In this document: piece after piece, positions 12,074-25,722 of the stretch
Position numbering within the stretch: the stretch's first letter is position 1
How the letters are laid out: every line of letters begins with the position of its first letter
NCBI GenBank assembly: GCA_964187785.1
Contig: OZ076409.1
Location: 60,762,001-60,826,000, forward strand
Direction of reading: 5' to 3'
DNA: 64,000 nt
Source: Amphiscolops sp. MND2022
Taxonomy: Eukaryota
Position numbers and translations under genes: made by a program
Notes under the pieces: generated by a model
What the model saw: the letters and a program-made list of their open reading frames with translations, nothing else
Database searches by the model: none
What the model was told of the DNA's origin: nothing

Positions 12074-14431
12074 TAAAATGAATGGATTATATTGCTAAGT
12101 TGAATTTTGGAATTTTGGCAGTTTTTAAAAAAAACAGATTGTGATTTGCCCCCTATGCACCAATTTGCGAGTGCGGAAAATGACAGAAATCCCAAAAAGT
12201 ATCTGGGTGATAATGGGATACTTGTTTTCGCTGGGACGTCCAATCAGTTTTCTTATGCGTTTTTGTCTGATTAGTTACCGCAAGACCTAGCAATTTTAGT
12301 TGGGCTTTCGTGAAAAGTACACATTATAAAGGTGACTTTAGGAAGACCACTCGAACGGACAGATTTGATAAACAAGACGCCCGCTGAGCAGAGATATTTT
12401 CCGCCCCAAACTGTTCTACAACTACATACCTTTGAGGCTCAACAATAGCCAATGCACTATAAAAACGCAAAGAAGTTCGAAGAAAAGAAAGCTTTGATTC
12501 ATCTTAGCCCATTTTCAATGAAACACATAAGTTATTTCTGCGATAGCTGGCCACTTTGCGTTTTTTCGGCACTATGCAACTTACCGAGAAAAAAAATTTC
12601 AATAGTTTCTTTGAGAATAAATTTCGAAAAACATTTTTCGCAATTTTCAATTTTTGAGGTTTTCTGTAAATGAAATAAGTTCACCGAGTCTTGAGGGTGA
12701 CTTCTTTTGATCATATGGAACTGACGAGGTTTTTTATTGATTGTGGAAATTGCCTCATGTCAGTATTTTCGGCTCCGTGCGTCTTTCCGAAACTTTCATT
12801 TGGTCAAAGAGTACCCCCTTGCTTTCAGAGCTGATTTGGACTTGAGAAAAGTAGTTTTGCGAGCTGAAACTTGCTTCGTCATCATAGAACTTTACCGGAA
12901 AAATCTGAAAATTAATTTTTTTTGTCATTCCTGTTGGGGAAAAAGTGGTTTCCTAGTCTCAGGCGTATTTCTTGAGGTAATTTTTGACACTGAGAAAATG
13001 GCAAAAACTTGAATCAGGTCCTTTGCAAATTTAGGAAAGTTGAGCGATCCCGGTTTGTTGTATAACTGAACATAGTTTCACCAGAAGTGTCAGAAATTTG
13101 AAATAGTTTAGACAACTTTGGGGTCAATTTGAGGACTTTTTCTATCACGAATCTACAGATGTCTCTTCAAAAATAGGTCTACTGTACACCGCGTTCAGTT
13201 GTTTTTGAATGTTTACACCATTCTAACCCACAAAGTAGCTCGAAACATTTTCCTTAGGTCGAAACCTTGATGTCGAAATTTACGTTTTCGAGTAAAGTTT
13301 TCTGAAAGTTGTGCAAATAGAGTGATCTGATATCTTTCCGAAACACTACCGGTTCCTACACGTTTCAATCTTGAGCCTATGGTATTTCTGATTGAAATAA
13401 ATTTTCGAAAAGGGTCCAAAATTGGGACTATGTTGTCAAAAATAAAGAACGTTCGGAAACTTTGACACCTTTGTTGTAAACTCGATGAACTTTATCCCAC
13501 TTTTCCCCAATTGCACTTTGAATATCATTGCTTCAACGCTCAGGTCATCGGAAGTTCTATTCTTCAAAAACTTTCGTGGTTTGAACCAAAGTTGAGATTC
13601 GTTTGTCAAACAACCTGCTTTTTTGTTGTTTCGTGGATGTTTGTTTGTTTTTGAGCCACTTCGAACAACAAATGCGGTTATCTCTTCAAAGTTGCCTACT
13701 GGAGATACCCGGATTAGTCATTGTTTAGTTGGTTCAACCATATAATGCCAGGAAGTAGCTCGAAAATTGTAGCCTAAAAAGGTGAACAAAACTTGAAAAT
13801 TTTCATTTCTTTGAATATTTGGGTCATTCTGAGGAATCTTTCGACCATAAGTAAGGCAATTTTTCTTTAAAAAATTGCTTCGTGCCTAGTTTCATTATCT
13901 GGAGGTTTTCGAAGCTTTTTTCGACCGAATTTTCCCAATCTCAAAAAAAATTCACTGAAGATGTCAGAAACTGACAAAAATTTAGACATTTTCGAATTTG
14001 CGGTCAATTATGAGCCATTTTCTAACCGAAGTTTGCAATACTTCTTCAAGAGCCTACTGGATTACCAGTTCAGTCTTTGTTGAACGTTTGACATCCTTCT
14101 GACTCCAAAACGATTCAAAAAGAACACGAGTTGCACAAAAATAAAGATGTTGAAATTTTTCAACTCCTTTGGAGGGTTTCCGAAGTGTTTTTGAAGCAAA
14201 ACGCTGCAACGTTTTCTTCAAAAAATGTAATGCATAGGTCGTTCTCTCGTTGAGTTGATTCTGTTGGAAATTAGAACGCAATCTTTCGGAAATTGTACAG
14301 AAATTGCATCAAAATTGACAAAGCTTCAAAGTTTTTGACAATTCAGGGTCAATTTGAGGCATTTTTCTTTCACATATTGAGCTTATCTCGCGACAAAAGC
14401 TCATCGAAACATCAAGCTTGTCCATGCTTTA

Positions 14432-15253
14432 GGGTGTTAACATGCTAGTGCACGGTCTATCAATATTTTGACAATTGAACAAAAATTTTGGTCATTTTCG
14501 GTGTCAATTTGAGACCAACCCTTTTCTTGTTGACCCTTTAAAACATTCCAATCCACGAAGTCTATCAAAATTTAACAAAATCATGAAAACTTTAAAAATG
14601 GGAAAATTTTGGGGTTTTTGTCATTCTCGGTGTCAATTTGAGACATTTTAACTTAGAAAACTGTAATAAACTCTTCTGAAAAGCCTATTGGACATCACAT
14701 TCTCTCATTGTTGACCCTTTTCAACATTCCAATCCACAAAGTCCGTCGGAAATCTGGAAAAAAAGTGCCTAAAATCTTTGAAAATGAGAAAATTTTCGGT
14801 GTCAATTTGAGACATTTTCATTTTGAAAAATGCAATAAACTCCTCGGAAAAGACTAATGGACAACCAACCCGGCCTTGTTGGCCCCTTAAAACTTTCCAA
14901 TTCACGAAGTCGGTCAACAATTTGACGAAAAATGCGTAAAAACTTTGAAAAATGGAAATTTTCGGTCATTTTTGGTGTTAATTTGAGACATTTTTTATCC
15001 AGTTATCTGCAATAATCTCTTCATAGAAGCCTATTGGACAACGAATTTGTGACTTGTTGAACGTTTTCAACATCTTATCCACGAGATCCATCGAAAAATT
15101 GACAAATTGCATTAAAACGTCAAAAATTGGAAATTTTTGCGAGTTTTCTCGTTTTTGGGGTCCTTGGGGTCAACTAAAAAAGTCCAGAAATCTCCACGAA
15201 TACATATCGCACGAAGCTAAATTTATGTGAGTTGAATTCTATGGGTAACACCC
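14432..15253. mobile_element. Putative PIF/Harbinger (Tourist-like) non-autonomous element filled with 130-190 bp tandem units
   Basis: TTA|GGGTGTTA ... TAACACCC|TTA (8 bp TIR, 3 bp TTA duplication); GTGT(C/T)AATTTGAGAC recurs at about 14501, 14630, 14799 and 14975. Confidence 0.5.
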
Positions 15254-18200
15254 TTAAAGTTAAATATAAATTTGGTTCTTGGCAAATTTTATTTAAAAAA
15301 ACCGTTTGATTTAATTATTTTCCTTTCCCATATATGAAATATGGGCGGAAAATAATAAACCTTCATTTCCTGCCGTCGCGGCGTAAATGTGTAAAGCGAA
15401 AAATACATACTTTCAGGTAGGAAAAAGTGTTTTGCGAGCCTTAAGTTGCCCCTGCTAGTTTTGCCCTCATTTAGTTCTTGTGCACAGTTTCTCTTGATCA
15501 TGCCTGATGAAGGTATGTTTGATTGAGAGTTATGTATTTTGTAAGGATTTCACCAAATAGTCATGCTGTACATGTTATGTATGCACTAAGGAATTTACTT
15601 CCACGTTTGGGTTTTGCATTGAAATTTATCATTCAATGTGTTTTCTATTTGGATTCTTCGTTTCTACTTTTTTGTCGGTGTTGGAATGAGTTGGAAATCC
15701 CGTTGCTATTGATTTCGCTGCTTCAACTAAGCTCTGATTTCTAAGTTTTATGAACAAAATTTGATTTTGTGTTCAATACTTCATAATAGTATGCAAATTA
15801 GCTTCGATAAAGGAATAAACAGTGACGTATTTTGCCTTAAAAAGTCTTATCCGATCCAACTTTATCAATTCCCCATGTTTTCATCTCCGCCGCGGCTGCC
15901 ACGTGAAATGTTTGTTTTTCACCCACGTGCATCGGACACGATGATTAGAAAAAAGACGCAGAAAAGTTCATATTAGTTTATATACTTGCAACTCAAGATA
16001 CGTGGCGCAATTGTCGTTTCCATGTTTTATTGTCTTGTTTGTTTTCCCAATTTTATCTTTCTCAACCAACACATTATCAGCTATAAGCCCCCTCCCTCCC
16101 TTTTAACTATGAGCCCACTGTGCTCCAACGCCTTGCAACTTGCGACACCTTTTCGCACTCCGGATTATCTGTTTCTGCAATTCAGGCACTGCCCTGGAAA
16201 ATCTAGCCCTTGAACCACCTTGCCTCGTGTCATTTTTTGCACTCAGTGATGATCATTTATACCTATGAAAATCAAATCCATTAAACTCATACCGAGAAGC
16301 CTCTAATCATGAATATTTCTAGACTTATGAAATGATATGAAAATTTTTCCAGTAATTAAAAGTTGACATTTTCCTTTTTCGAACAGCGCATGTTTCAAGA
16401 CAAACTCGGGTCACGGAAGTTTGGTGCAAAACCACCGAGCGACTCCCCATTATGGTAAATTGTTCATTACGTAAGTTACCAAAACGAGGGTTTTGAATAA
16501 TTCGTTTAACCTCTTTAGTTCGAAACGAAACTCGAAACAATGGAAATTTTAGAACAAATTCAAATGCAGTTTTTCCAAGACTTTTGGTTATAGCTCAAAT
16601 AGGAAAGCGCTGTCGATGTAAAATTATTATGAATTGATAAAAGTAAGGGTTTAAAATTTTCAAAAAGCGATGGACCCTCACTTGGTTCTTTTAAAAAGTC
16701 CATCTGAATAGACATTTTGGTATGGCTGCGACTCGGGACGATTTTGAAAAAGTTTCCCATTTAGTTTTTCGTGATTCGAAAGTTGCTACAGTCCCTCCCC
16801 CTGATATCAATCGCCCTTGCATAACCATGATTGCGCATCTTGTTGCTGCTGTCGTCCGGGTTGAAGAGATTATAATGGAGCCGCGTAGCATTTGTTCTTT
16901 TCTGTCTTGGTATTTTTTGCTCATCTTGTTTGTAGCTGGCATCTTGTTTGCTGCATCCGTGAAATTTGAGAAGGATAAGTTGTGTCTTTGGTTATATAAT
17001 TTGTCCCTGTAGTCTCGTTTAATTTGCCGCACCGTTCCCACCATTAAGGTGATGCGTGAGGGATGTAGGGGAGATATATTATTATAGCTGTGAGACTGGT
17101 TGTGTGCAATAAATTGTCTGACAGCTGCAACACTTTTTGTGCTAATCACTGTGTGAGTGAGTTTATGACCTGCAAAACACCACCAACTTGTAGCCTCAAT
17201 GGCCTATTAAAGCGGGCGCCTAACTCCATTCTATCTGCATAACAGCCCTTTGATTCCCCCACTCTTGAATACATTAACTTCCATATCAACTCTTTCTCTA
17301 ACAACACTCTCGTCTTCATCTAACACTAACACTTCATCTTTTCCAAATTTCTCTTCTTTCTTTTCTCCCTTTTCTCTCACTATATTCAACGCAACCCAGT
17401 TTTGCACCCTTTCTTTTGTTTTTACAGACATCAAAAATCCAATTGGATGGCATTTTAGATTCGGGTGCCTTGAAGTTTTAAAGATTTGAGTCAAGTTGCT
17501 TGGTACTCACCAGAATTACGGCCATTTGTATCTAGTAGTTTTCGTACTTGCTTCTAGCTGCAGATTGTGGAAGCAACTATGGGTCTTCAACTTGTAAAGC
17601 TTTCCAAAAGACTGGTGCCTCTCGGAATATAGGTGCATCGGAGAAACAAATATGAATTTTATCCTTCGCAGACCTACAAAGTTTTACAGAAGGAATTGTG
17701 GAATTGAAGTTTTCAGAATCAAAACCAAATTGTTAAATGATCGAAGAGATTGTGAATGTAAAATGCGTTCTAAATTTAATTTGTGCATATATACTCATAT
17801 ATAGGGCCGATGCTGAGTGGAGCCACAACTTGATGAGTTAGCAAAATCTCATCTGGAAGGGCGCCGAGTGTCCTGGAAGGAGCAATGCTGAAATTTGTAA
17901 CCAATTTTGTTGCCTGAAGTCGTATGAACTATGTTTCTGTCGATTCTGTGAATTTCGTGTGCATACAAAACCACCCCTTTCGAAAGACCAATTTTAAGTC
18001 TCTTTTTTTCGTTTGCTTATAAAATTATTTTAAGACATTCAATGGATATACATTTCAGTGGTTGAACCAGATGTTACATCTGAACTTTTCAGATGAAAAA
18101 CGGTCAATTCGATAATTTTGGGATTTCTACGGAAAATATATACTGCGCATCATGGCGGTTGAGTACTTCGAAACATGCATACTGTGATTAACACTGGATT

Positions 18201-18854
18201 CTAAAGAAAATCGTTCGATAACTGTCAAATTGAAAGTTGTATTTTTTGAATACATAATTGAGTCAATTTTGGCGAAAAAGCGTTTGTTTTGGAGATTACT
18301 TTTCAAAAAATCTTTTCCGGTCCCAATAAAACTGTCGAATTCGTTATCGTTGTTCGTTGTTGTAGAAAATGACAAATTTCATTCTATCGGTACGAGAATT
18401 TTGAGAAGTTGTTCCTTTGCCATTTACCCCTATTCAGGACAATTTTGTACCAATTAGTTTCTGCAAACTTCGAAGACACTAACTGAACGTATGGAAAAGG
18501 AAACTATTCAATATGATTTTTAGACAATATAACAGCCTTGCGCGCATTTTCATCAATTATTGACTTGATGTCTCTGAAATCAAGAAACCGGGACCAAAAA
18601 TTGAAAAAAAACTGCATATTTTTGATTCTCAAAAAATTCTGAGGGAATTATCTTTTTGGACAATAAAATTAAAAATGAGAGAAAGCCGCGAATATTAGTA
18701 ACAATTCTTTAAAAAGTCAATGTTGTACTTGTGCAGCTCAGTTCGTATATTATGCTAATGCGTGACCGTCGTGCGTTCAAAGGCTATCGCCCGCTGCTTC
18801 TTTCCTTATCGCCCGCTGTTTCGCCCGCCTCTTGATCTTGTGCGGGGGTCTGTT

Positions 18855-18976
18855 CATGGCGACAGTGACTGGTAAGCGGGACTTCGTGCTTTCGAATCCT
18901 GTGCTGGTCATTTTTTTACGTTTGCTACTTTTTTGAGCCTTGAGCGGGCGCCGACTTGGTCCTTTCCATCTTGTTT
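18855..18976 (+). repeat. Degenerate tRNA-like head followed by a HINE family 1 3' end
   Basis: TGGCGACAGTG..GGTAAGCG and TTCGAATCC boxes, then GAGCCTTGAGCGGGCGCCGACTTGGTCCTTTCCATCTTGTTT. Confidence 0.45.
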
Positions 18977-21920
18977 TTGTTTAGTTTGTTATCAACTGAC
19001 TGCTAAAGTTGACCACCGTTATGTCCATTCGTTTTGTTTAGTGGCTGTGGAGGTTTTTAAACTTCAGTTGTGAGATATGATTAAAAACAATGATTTTTCG
19101 TGATTTCGTAGTATCATTTTGAATGATTCTCTGAAAGTCTTGCTCCTTTTTTTGCAGATAAGCGCAAAACTGGCTTCATTTCCTTTTTGAACGGTACTGT
19201 GCCTCAAAGATATTGAAATTAGGTTCTCGCATTTGTATGTGCTATTTAATGAGCGCTAATACAAGAAGCGAAAGTCCCCCCAAGCGAAAGTAATAGTTCA
19301 AAGGATAGGCTATGAATGAATCCCAATAGAAGAGGATTTGTACGTGTGTTTAAAATTGAAACAGTTCAATTTCACAAATTGCTACTTAAGCTGAAGGATT
19401 TGACGACAGGCTAAAACTGTAATTATCTTTTTAAAGTTCAATTTTAGATAATCCGTTGTTTACAGTCGGTCATTATTATAAGAAAACCTTTGCTCTATCA
19501 TAGAAACTTAGCACTTTTTTAACGACTAAAGAAAAACACCATCAGTTTGTCATTTTTTCCCAAAGATTTTTGTTAGACTTGTTGTTTTTATTTCGTGGAA
19601 TTTTTTTGCTTGAAAAAATTCAAAATGGGTTGAATTTTAATCAAAGTTGTTTTTTCCTTGAAATTGAAAACTTTGAGCTGGAAATGATGATAGCGTGAAA
19701 AATGTGAAGGTGTTACTTTAGCCCGCAGGCAAAGCCAGTAAATTAGGATGATATACATGTAGGTGAGAGGAGTTAAGAGGGTATAGTAGTTAGCTTAGAG
19801 AGACGTGTCTACTTGTGTGCTGGTTGAGCGAGCAAAGGGCATGAAAAAGTGTGACAATTGAATTGAGGACGTTGAAAAGATGTTGGGAAATGTTGAAAAG
19901 AAAGAAGAAAGTTGTTAAATGAAATGTGAAGAGTTAAACAAGTTGGCAAGTGTAATTGAATTTGCTGTGGCTGACTACTGGAGACAGTTTCTATAACTCA
20001 GTTAGAGATAGTTGTTGAAAATGTTGAAAGTGATTTTTGATTCAATTTCCGCCGCCAACCAAAGTTCTTAACTAGCACAAAGATAATATTTAGTTAGTGA
20101 AGCACTAGTTAAAGAACAAGACAACCACAACCTGCACGGAAAAGAAGACGGATAGAAAGAGCACAGCTCACTAATAGAGGAGACTAACTATTTTAGCAGC
20201 TCTGGAAATAATGGAGGAAAGTGTGAGACTAACTAAGGAATCAAGAAGGAAAAAGAACAAGAGTGTTAATTGCAATCAGCCACTTCTCTTCATCGCTTCA
20301 CCAGCCCCCCTGCTTGAATGAGTTCGAGATATTTTTTTTTTTGGGGGGGGGGGTGATGAGGGTTGTTGCAATGGTTATTAGTACCTGTCTATGTGTGTAG
20401 TAAGCATCATTCATACCTTTCCCCACAACTGCTGCCAATACTTAATGGGCCATCAATAAGTAGTTTAGCATGCATTCAGATAGAAAATTATTTTATGTAC
20501 TTGACTTCGTCTCTTCGCTTTCATTCAAAGAAACAAAAATTTTGAGAATTTCTTGCAGAAAGGGGAACAAAATGTAATGTTTAGGTGATTTTTCCTTAAA
20601 AACTTTTTTCGAAAATTTTCATTTTCATCCCATTGAAAAAATGTAAGGGTAGTTTAAAAAATTATAGCTATTGTAATTTGAACGTCCTCATTCAAAATGG
20701 TTGCCACTGATCACCCGAAAATTATCCCTTATTTGGCAGTTAAGGATGCATTGCATAGCCTTGTGTTACTTGTCGTTTCATCTTGAAGTTTGAAGGTAGC
20801 TGGTTTTTTGGGACTCCCTCAGATGAAAATCGGCAATGATTTTTTCTCGACATCAAACTCTTCGCACTTCAAACAATGACACTTGATCTTCTTACTGACT
20901 TGATATTTTCAAATAGGTCACAGATGGATGAAAAAACTTTTGAACAGTTTGGAAAATTCATTTCAGACTCATTCAACTTCTTTGTCACCCAGATGTGAGA
21001 AAAACCTATTTAAAATTTGCGAATTGATTTTGAATGGATTACAGAAATGGCTCCCTTTCTTTTTCTATTTTGACACTTGAGTGATAATTTTGTCATCGCT
21101 TTAAGAAATGGAGACACAGTCAATCTGACCCGATTCGCGAGATATGAAATTCACTTCAAACGACTTTTTGAAAGCTGTTTGTTCAAAGTGTCCCGTGGCT
21201 TAAGTTTCTTTGAAAGTTCGAGAAAGTTTGAACAATTTTCCGCTGGTTTTCTCATGGATTTGTTTCTCATGCTCAGCGGTTGAGCATGTTTCGGAATTCG
21301 GTATTGTGTTCTATTTGTGGTTTCAAATATTGCAAGTTTGGAAATTCTCAATCAAAATCTCAAATATTAATAAAAGTTAGATGGGCATTTCCTCATCTAA
21401 GTATGCAAAACAAAGATAATATACAGTTAAAAATAAATGTTTTTGTTTCGACCGCTGTAAGTAGGTCACAACTTGTGAAATATAAACTGCTTTGCTTTGA
21501 GATTTTTTCCCAAAACGCTTCGCAAATCCTTTTTTCCCTGTCGCATTAGGAAAGTATTTTCTCACAAAAAGCAAAGTTGCTAATTGCTTATGCTAATAAT
21601 TTTTAACCCATCTCATTTACATTTATTGTTAAAGCTAAGAAGTTAAGTATTTTTTGTTAATTATTTTTCGCACATTTGACTGAACAGCGTCATAAAATGT
21701 TTTGCTTATGTTTGGATGGAGATGAAACATGGGCTCGTTTCAACGGATTAGTTTTGAGCTGATTGTTAGCTGCGTTTTTCTAATCGAAGGAAGAACAAAA
21801 TAAAATGTGAATTTCATTAGTTCTACGACGATGTATTTATTATTCACTTAGTATCACCTTCCCGCTATCTTGCTCTCACAAGAAAAGGAAAATCTTGCTG
21901 ACATAACACTTATCTTGATG

Positions 21921-22094
21921 CAGTCGAACTCGGATAAAAGAAACATGGATAAAAGAAACAGTTGGATATAAGAAACGTTCTCACTCCTCCGCTTTTATTC
22001 AAGACAAACTTTCTACGTTAATACGACAACTGATAAAAGAAACTACGGATAAAAGAAACTCCTTCCTTGCCGCCCTTTTAGCCGAGTTTGACTG
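21921..22094. mobile_element. Tc1/mariner (pogo/Tigger-like) MITE, 174 bp
   Basis: TIRs CAGTCGAACTCGGATAAAAG / CTTTTAGCCGAGTTTGACTG, flanked by TG and TA; internal GGATAAAAGAAAC repeats. Confidence 0.7.
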
Positions 22095-22109
22095 TATTAA
22101 TATTCAAGT

Positions 22110-22162
22110 TGTTTGTTCGCCCTCGGGCAACAAAAATAACTCAATGATTCATTCATTCATTG
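22110..22162 (+). mobile_element. Extreme 3' end of a LINE with an (ATTC)n tail
   Basis: TTGTTCGCCCTCGGGCAACAAAAATAACTC matches the LINE terminus TTGTACGCCTTCGGGCAACAAAATTAATTAACTC at about 47215-47248; followed by ATTCATTCATTCATT. Confidence 0.55.
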
Positions 22163-23139
22163 CTAGCAAATCGTAGTAAAATTCTGGATATTTCAAAAAA
22201 TTTCCGGACACCTGATAGCGTGGAGGAAGTTTCCAAAACTTTTTGTATGGGAGCGAGATTATTTTTAAGATGAGAAATTTCATCTGATAAAACGGCAAAG
22301 TAGTTGCTGCAGAGGGAGCTTCTTATTTTTGTCGACCTGCGACAGTGTTATGACGCCGCTAAATAGACATCGATGATATTAGCGAATTGATTTAACCATA
22401 AAAATTTTATTAGCTATTTTTCAAGAGTGCACAGAACAATCGTTTGGTACAAATTGTTTCGAGAAAACTGAAGACTACACGGGGAACGTGGAAAGTCTAC
22501 CCAATGCCATCGAATTTTGGCATGAAATCCCAGAAGCCGTTGAAATATCCGTTGAAGCAAAAAATCTACTTTATTAGCGATTGCGAATAGCTGTTAAAAC
22601 CAGTGATGTCAAAACCCCCAACCTGGAGCCATGCGACGATTGATGGATCTCAGGGGTTGTTTTAAAATATATTGATTGGAGTATTTTGAGAGCATTCGTT
22701 TGTCGTCTGATTTTTAGATTAATATTGAACAAAAATTTTCGGAAAAAATATTCGTTCGATCAAAGGATACCCACCCCTTAACTTCTTTGATGTTTTTGGT
22801 TTGGAAAAACCGTTCCGCGAGCTTAAAGGATCTCTTTTTGAGATTATAAAGACTTTTTGTGCGCGGGTTTTTTGGTGTTTCCAGTTAAGGAAAAAGCAGT
22901 TTTCAAAGTGTTCGCCTTTGTTGGGTATTCTTCGGCACTGTATGATAAATAAAAAGTTTCACAACAGTTGTCTCTTTGTGTATTTAAAACAGTTTGCTCT
23001 TTTTGAACTTTGCGCAGGGCGCCGACTTCTGCCGTTCCCGGCTGTTATTTATAATTATTCATCTCTACATATAGCGTACAAGAATAATGAAAGGTTTTCG
23101 CATTTGTTGGTCATGGTTTCTTGGAAAGAATTGAATATA

Positions 23140-23782
23140 CAGTACTGTGATTAAGAAATCGTCCCCCTATGCGCTGAGCGTCGTTATCAACCAATTAAAA
23201 TTGCCTATTTGCTCTAACTTTCAAGTGAAATCTCATGTACAGAAAGAACGCTTTTGTTATTTTCCTAGTTTCGGGCGGGTTTTTGAAAAAAAATTAAATT
23301 CAACGGATTCTGCAGGGTGTCTAGAATTTAATGGTATATTTTTTGGTTCAAAAACATTCTAAATGGAAAAACAATCGCACCTTTTCTCCGTGAAACATTA
23401 TTTTCCTATCTTAATACATGTTAATCGACGGAATTTTACCTTTCCAGTATGATATTTTGAAAACTGTTGATAATTTTGAAATCAAAATACATCTATAGAT
23501 TCAGTAGATTTGTGCGAGCTGATTGATCATAAAACATGCCAAAAAAACTGGTGCAAAACCGTTCAAAAATTGGAAAAACGGCAAAAAACCCAATTTTGCA
23601 CAAAATTAGCTGTTTGTAACTTTCAATTTTTGTCTCAGAATTTAAAAAAAATACTACTAGTAATATAAACTAGATGAAATTCTAAGAAACTTTTATCGCA
23701 GACGTTTTTCGAAACTTTCAATCGATGTCGAGAACATTGAGCCTAAAATCAAACGGGGGACGTTTTCTCAATCACAGTACTG
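23140..23782. mobile_element. Tc1/mariner-type MITE, 643 bp
   Basis: 27 bp TIR CAGTACTGTGATT(A/G)AGAAA(T/A)CGTCCCC with TA on both sides. Confidence 0.85.
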
Positions 23783-25722
23783 TACATCATGAAGCTTGTT
23801 TGGATCTTCATTTCTGCAAAATATACTAATAGAAACCCATTTAAAATGTATCAAAACTTTTTATGTTCTCAAAAAACAACGGTTTCGGAAAAAAACTGTT
23901 TCAGAACAACGTTTGAATTATATTGGATTATACTTTTTCTACCCTTTGCCATATGGAAAAAGAAAATTAATCTCTCCCTAATTTTGTCATGTCTCAATTT
24001 CATACTCAAAAAATAAAGTTTCTTCCACAGAATTTGATGACGAAAAAGAAATTAGGTTCGTAGCATAAGCATTTTTGGAAATTTTTGAAACAAGTACCGC
24101 AGAAAATGCTGAAAATGTGTGCAATTTTTCAACGTTGCCAGTTGTATATAATTTTTGAACGTTATTGTGAGTTTGAATAGCCACAGAGCTCGACTACAAA
24201 ATTTTCAGCTCCTCAGTATACCATTTTCATGAAGAAATGTTTTCGAAAGTTTTTTGAAGTGTGGCTCAAATGAACTTTAAAAAGTGTCACAAATTTCAAT
24301 CTTTTCGTGTAATTTTTGAACGTTTTTGTTCTTCGTGGGCAATCCACCTTCAAGAAAATGCTGTTGCTTAATTAATCCAGGACAGAAAATATCCCGTTGC
24401 TCAGCGGGCGTTTTACGAAGGTAAGCTCTTCATGATATGTTACTGAATATGTTATTGCTTTGTCTTCATCAATATTGGTTAGGTTTTTTATACTGTTTGT
24501 TTGCTCATGCTGTATGTTGTATGAGGATAGAGCTGGTTGAAGCATATTGATGGATGGGTCTTTGCCTCGACGTTTTCCCTGTGACGTGTTTTATACGTTT
24601 ATCTTGCTTTGTTTTTTTTCTTTTCCAGATAGATGATTATGATCAGGTGTGAATTGTTATCAATCTGCTTCTACAACCTCATCGAGCGATTATTGGTTAA
24701 GTTTATTAGCGGTAGTGTTGGAAAAATATTGTAGATAAAAATTCTAATTAACACCGGCTTCACTTTAATCCCTACTTGCACTCAATGATAAGTGTGCTAT
24801 AACTCGCTCCAACTTGTCTGCTCCTACTTTCACTCTTCAACCCGTCACGTCTCGCAATCATCCCCTTTATCTCTCCCTCTGTCCTCTTATAACTCTCCGC
24901 TTATTCTTTTTCTGCTCTGCTGGGTCTTCTTTACCACTTGTTGAAACACCAGCAACTCGCGCTGATACAACCACTAATCTTCCCAGCCTGTCAAATCGCG
25001 ACAGTTTACTACACTCTCAGTGAGAGCTTAAGAAGAGAAAAAAACAATAGTTTGTACAAGTTTAATCATGATGATGATGAACACGATGGTTAGATCACAG
25101 TAGACCTGAAATGGAGAAAATTTTTGTCTCCAGCAATTTCCCTTTGCTTGTAGAACGATTAACGCATTTCGTTCTTAGAAATAGCTGGATTCCTTTTTGT
25201 GATGGCTAGGTTTTTTGGATCTTATTGAACAACACAGTCCAATTTTCGAGTAGTAGTTTTTGTTTGACTAGTACATTATTCAACTTGTGTGCGTTGGAGG
25301 GATTGTTTTTCATAAGATTTCCATTGTTGGGATGTTTTGTCGCATGTAGCGTTTTTCTGGCCTAGTGGAATTTTGTTCGCAACTACACTTGACAACGTCT
25401 TTCACAAGCTGATCAACAACTCAGTTTTTTCCGAAGTCAGTATTTTTATGTGAGTAGTTTGAATTTCGAGAATTTAATTTGGCATCAATTCTAAATTGAG
25501 TGGTGCTTTCGATGATCATATATTTAGTTTGAGAAGCAACATTTCATGAAAAACATTGTCGATCACCTTATTTGCTCAAGTAATTCACTTTTTTAAACAA
25601 AAACTGACATTTTGGAAACGAGGAATAGAAGGTCGGTGTCTCTGCTGAATTGCTGACCAACCTTGAATAATGAAAGGTTTTCGCATTTGTTGGTCATGGT
25701 TTCTTGGAAAGAATTGAATATA

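Noticed and set aside
17800..17890. F-box-like LPDEILL on the minus strand
   Set aside because: The rest of the F-box pattern is absent and the putative donor is non-canonical.
22620..22665. TWSHATIDGSQGL as the missing SWGP...TVDGP convertase exon
   Set aside because: Weak similarity, an in-frame stop immediately after and no convincing splice sites.
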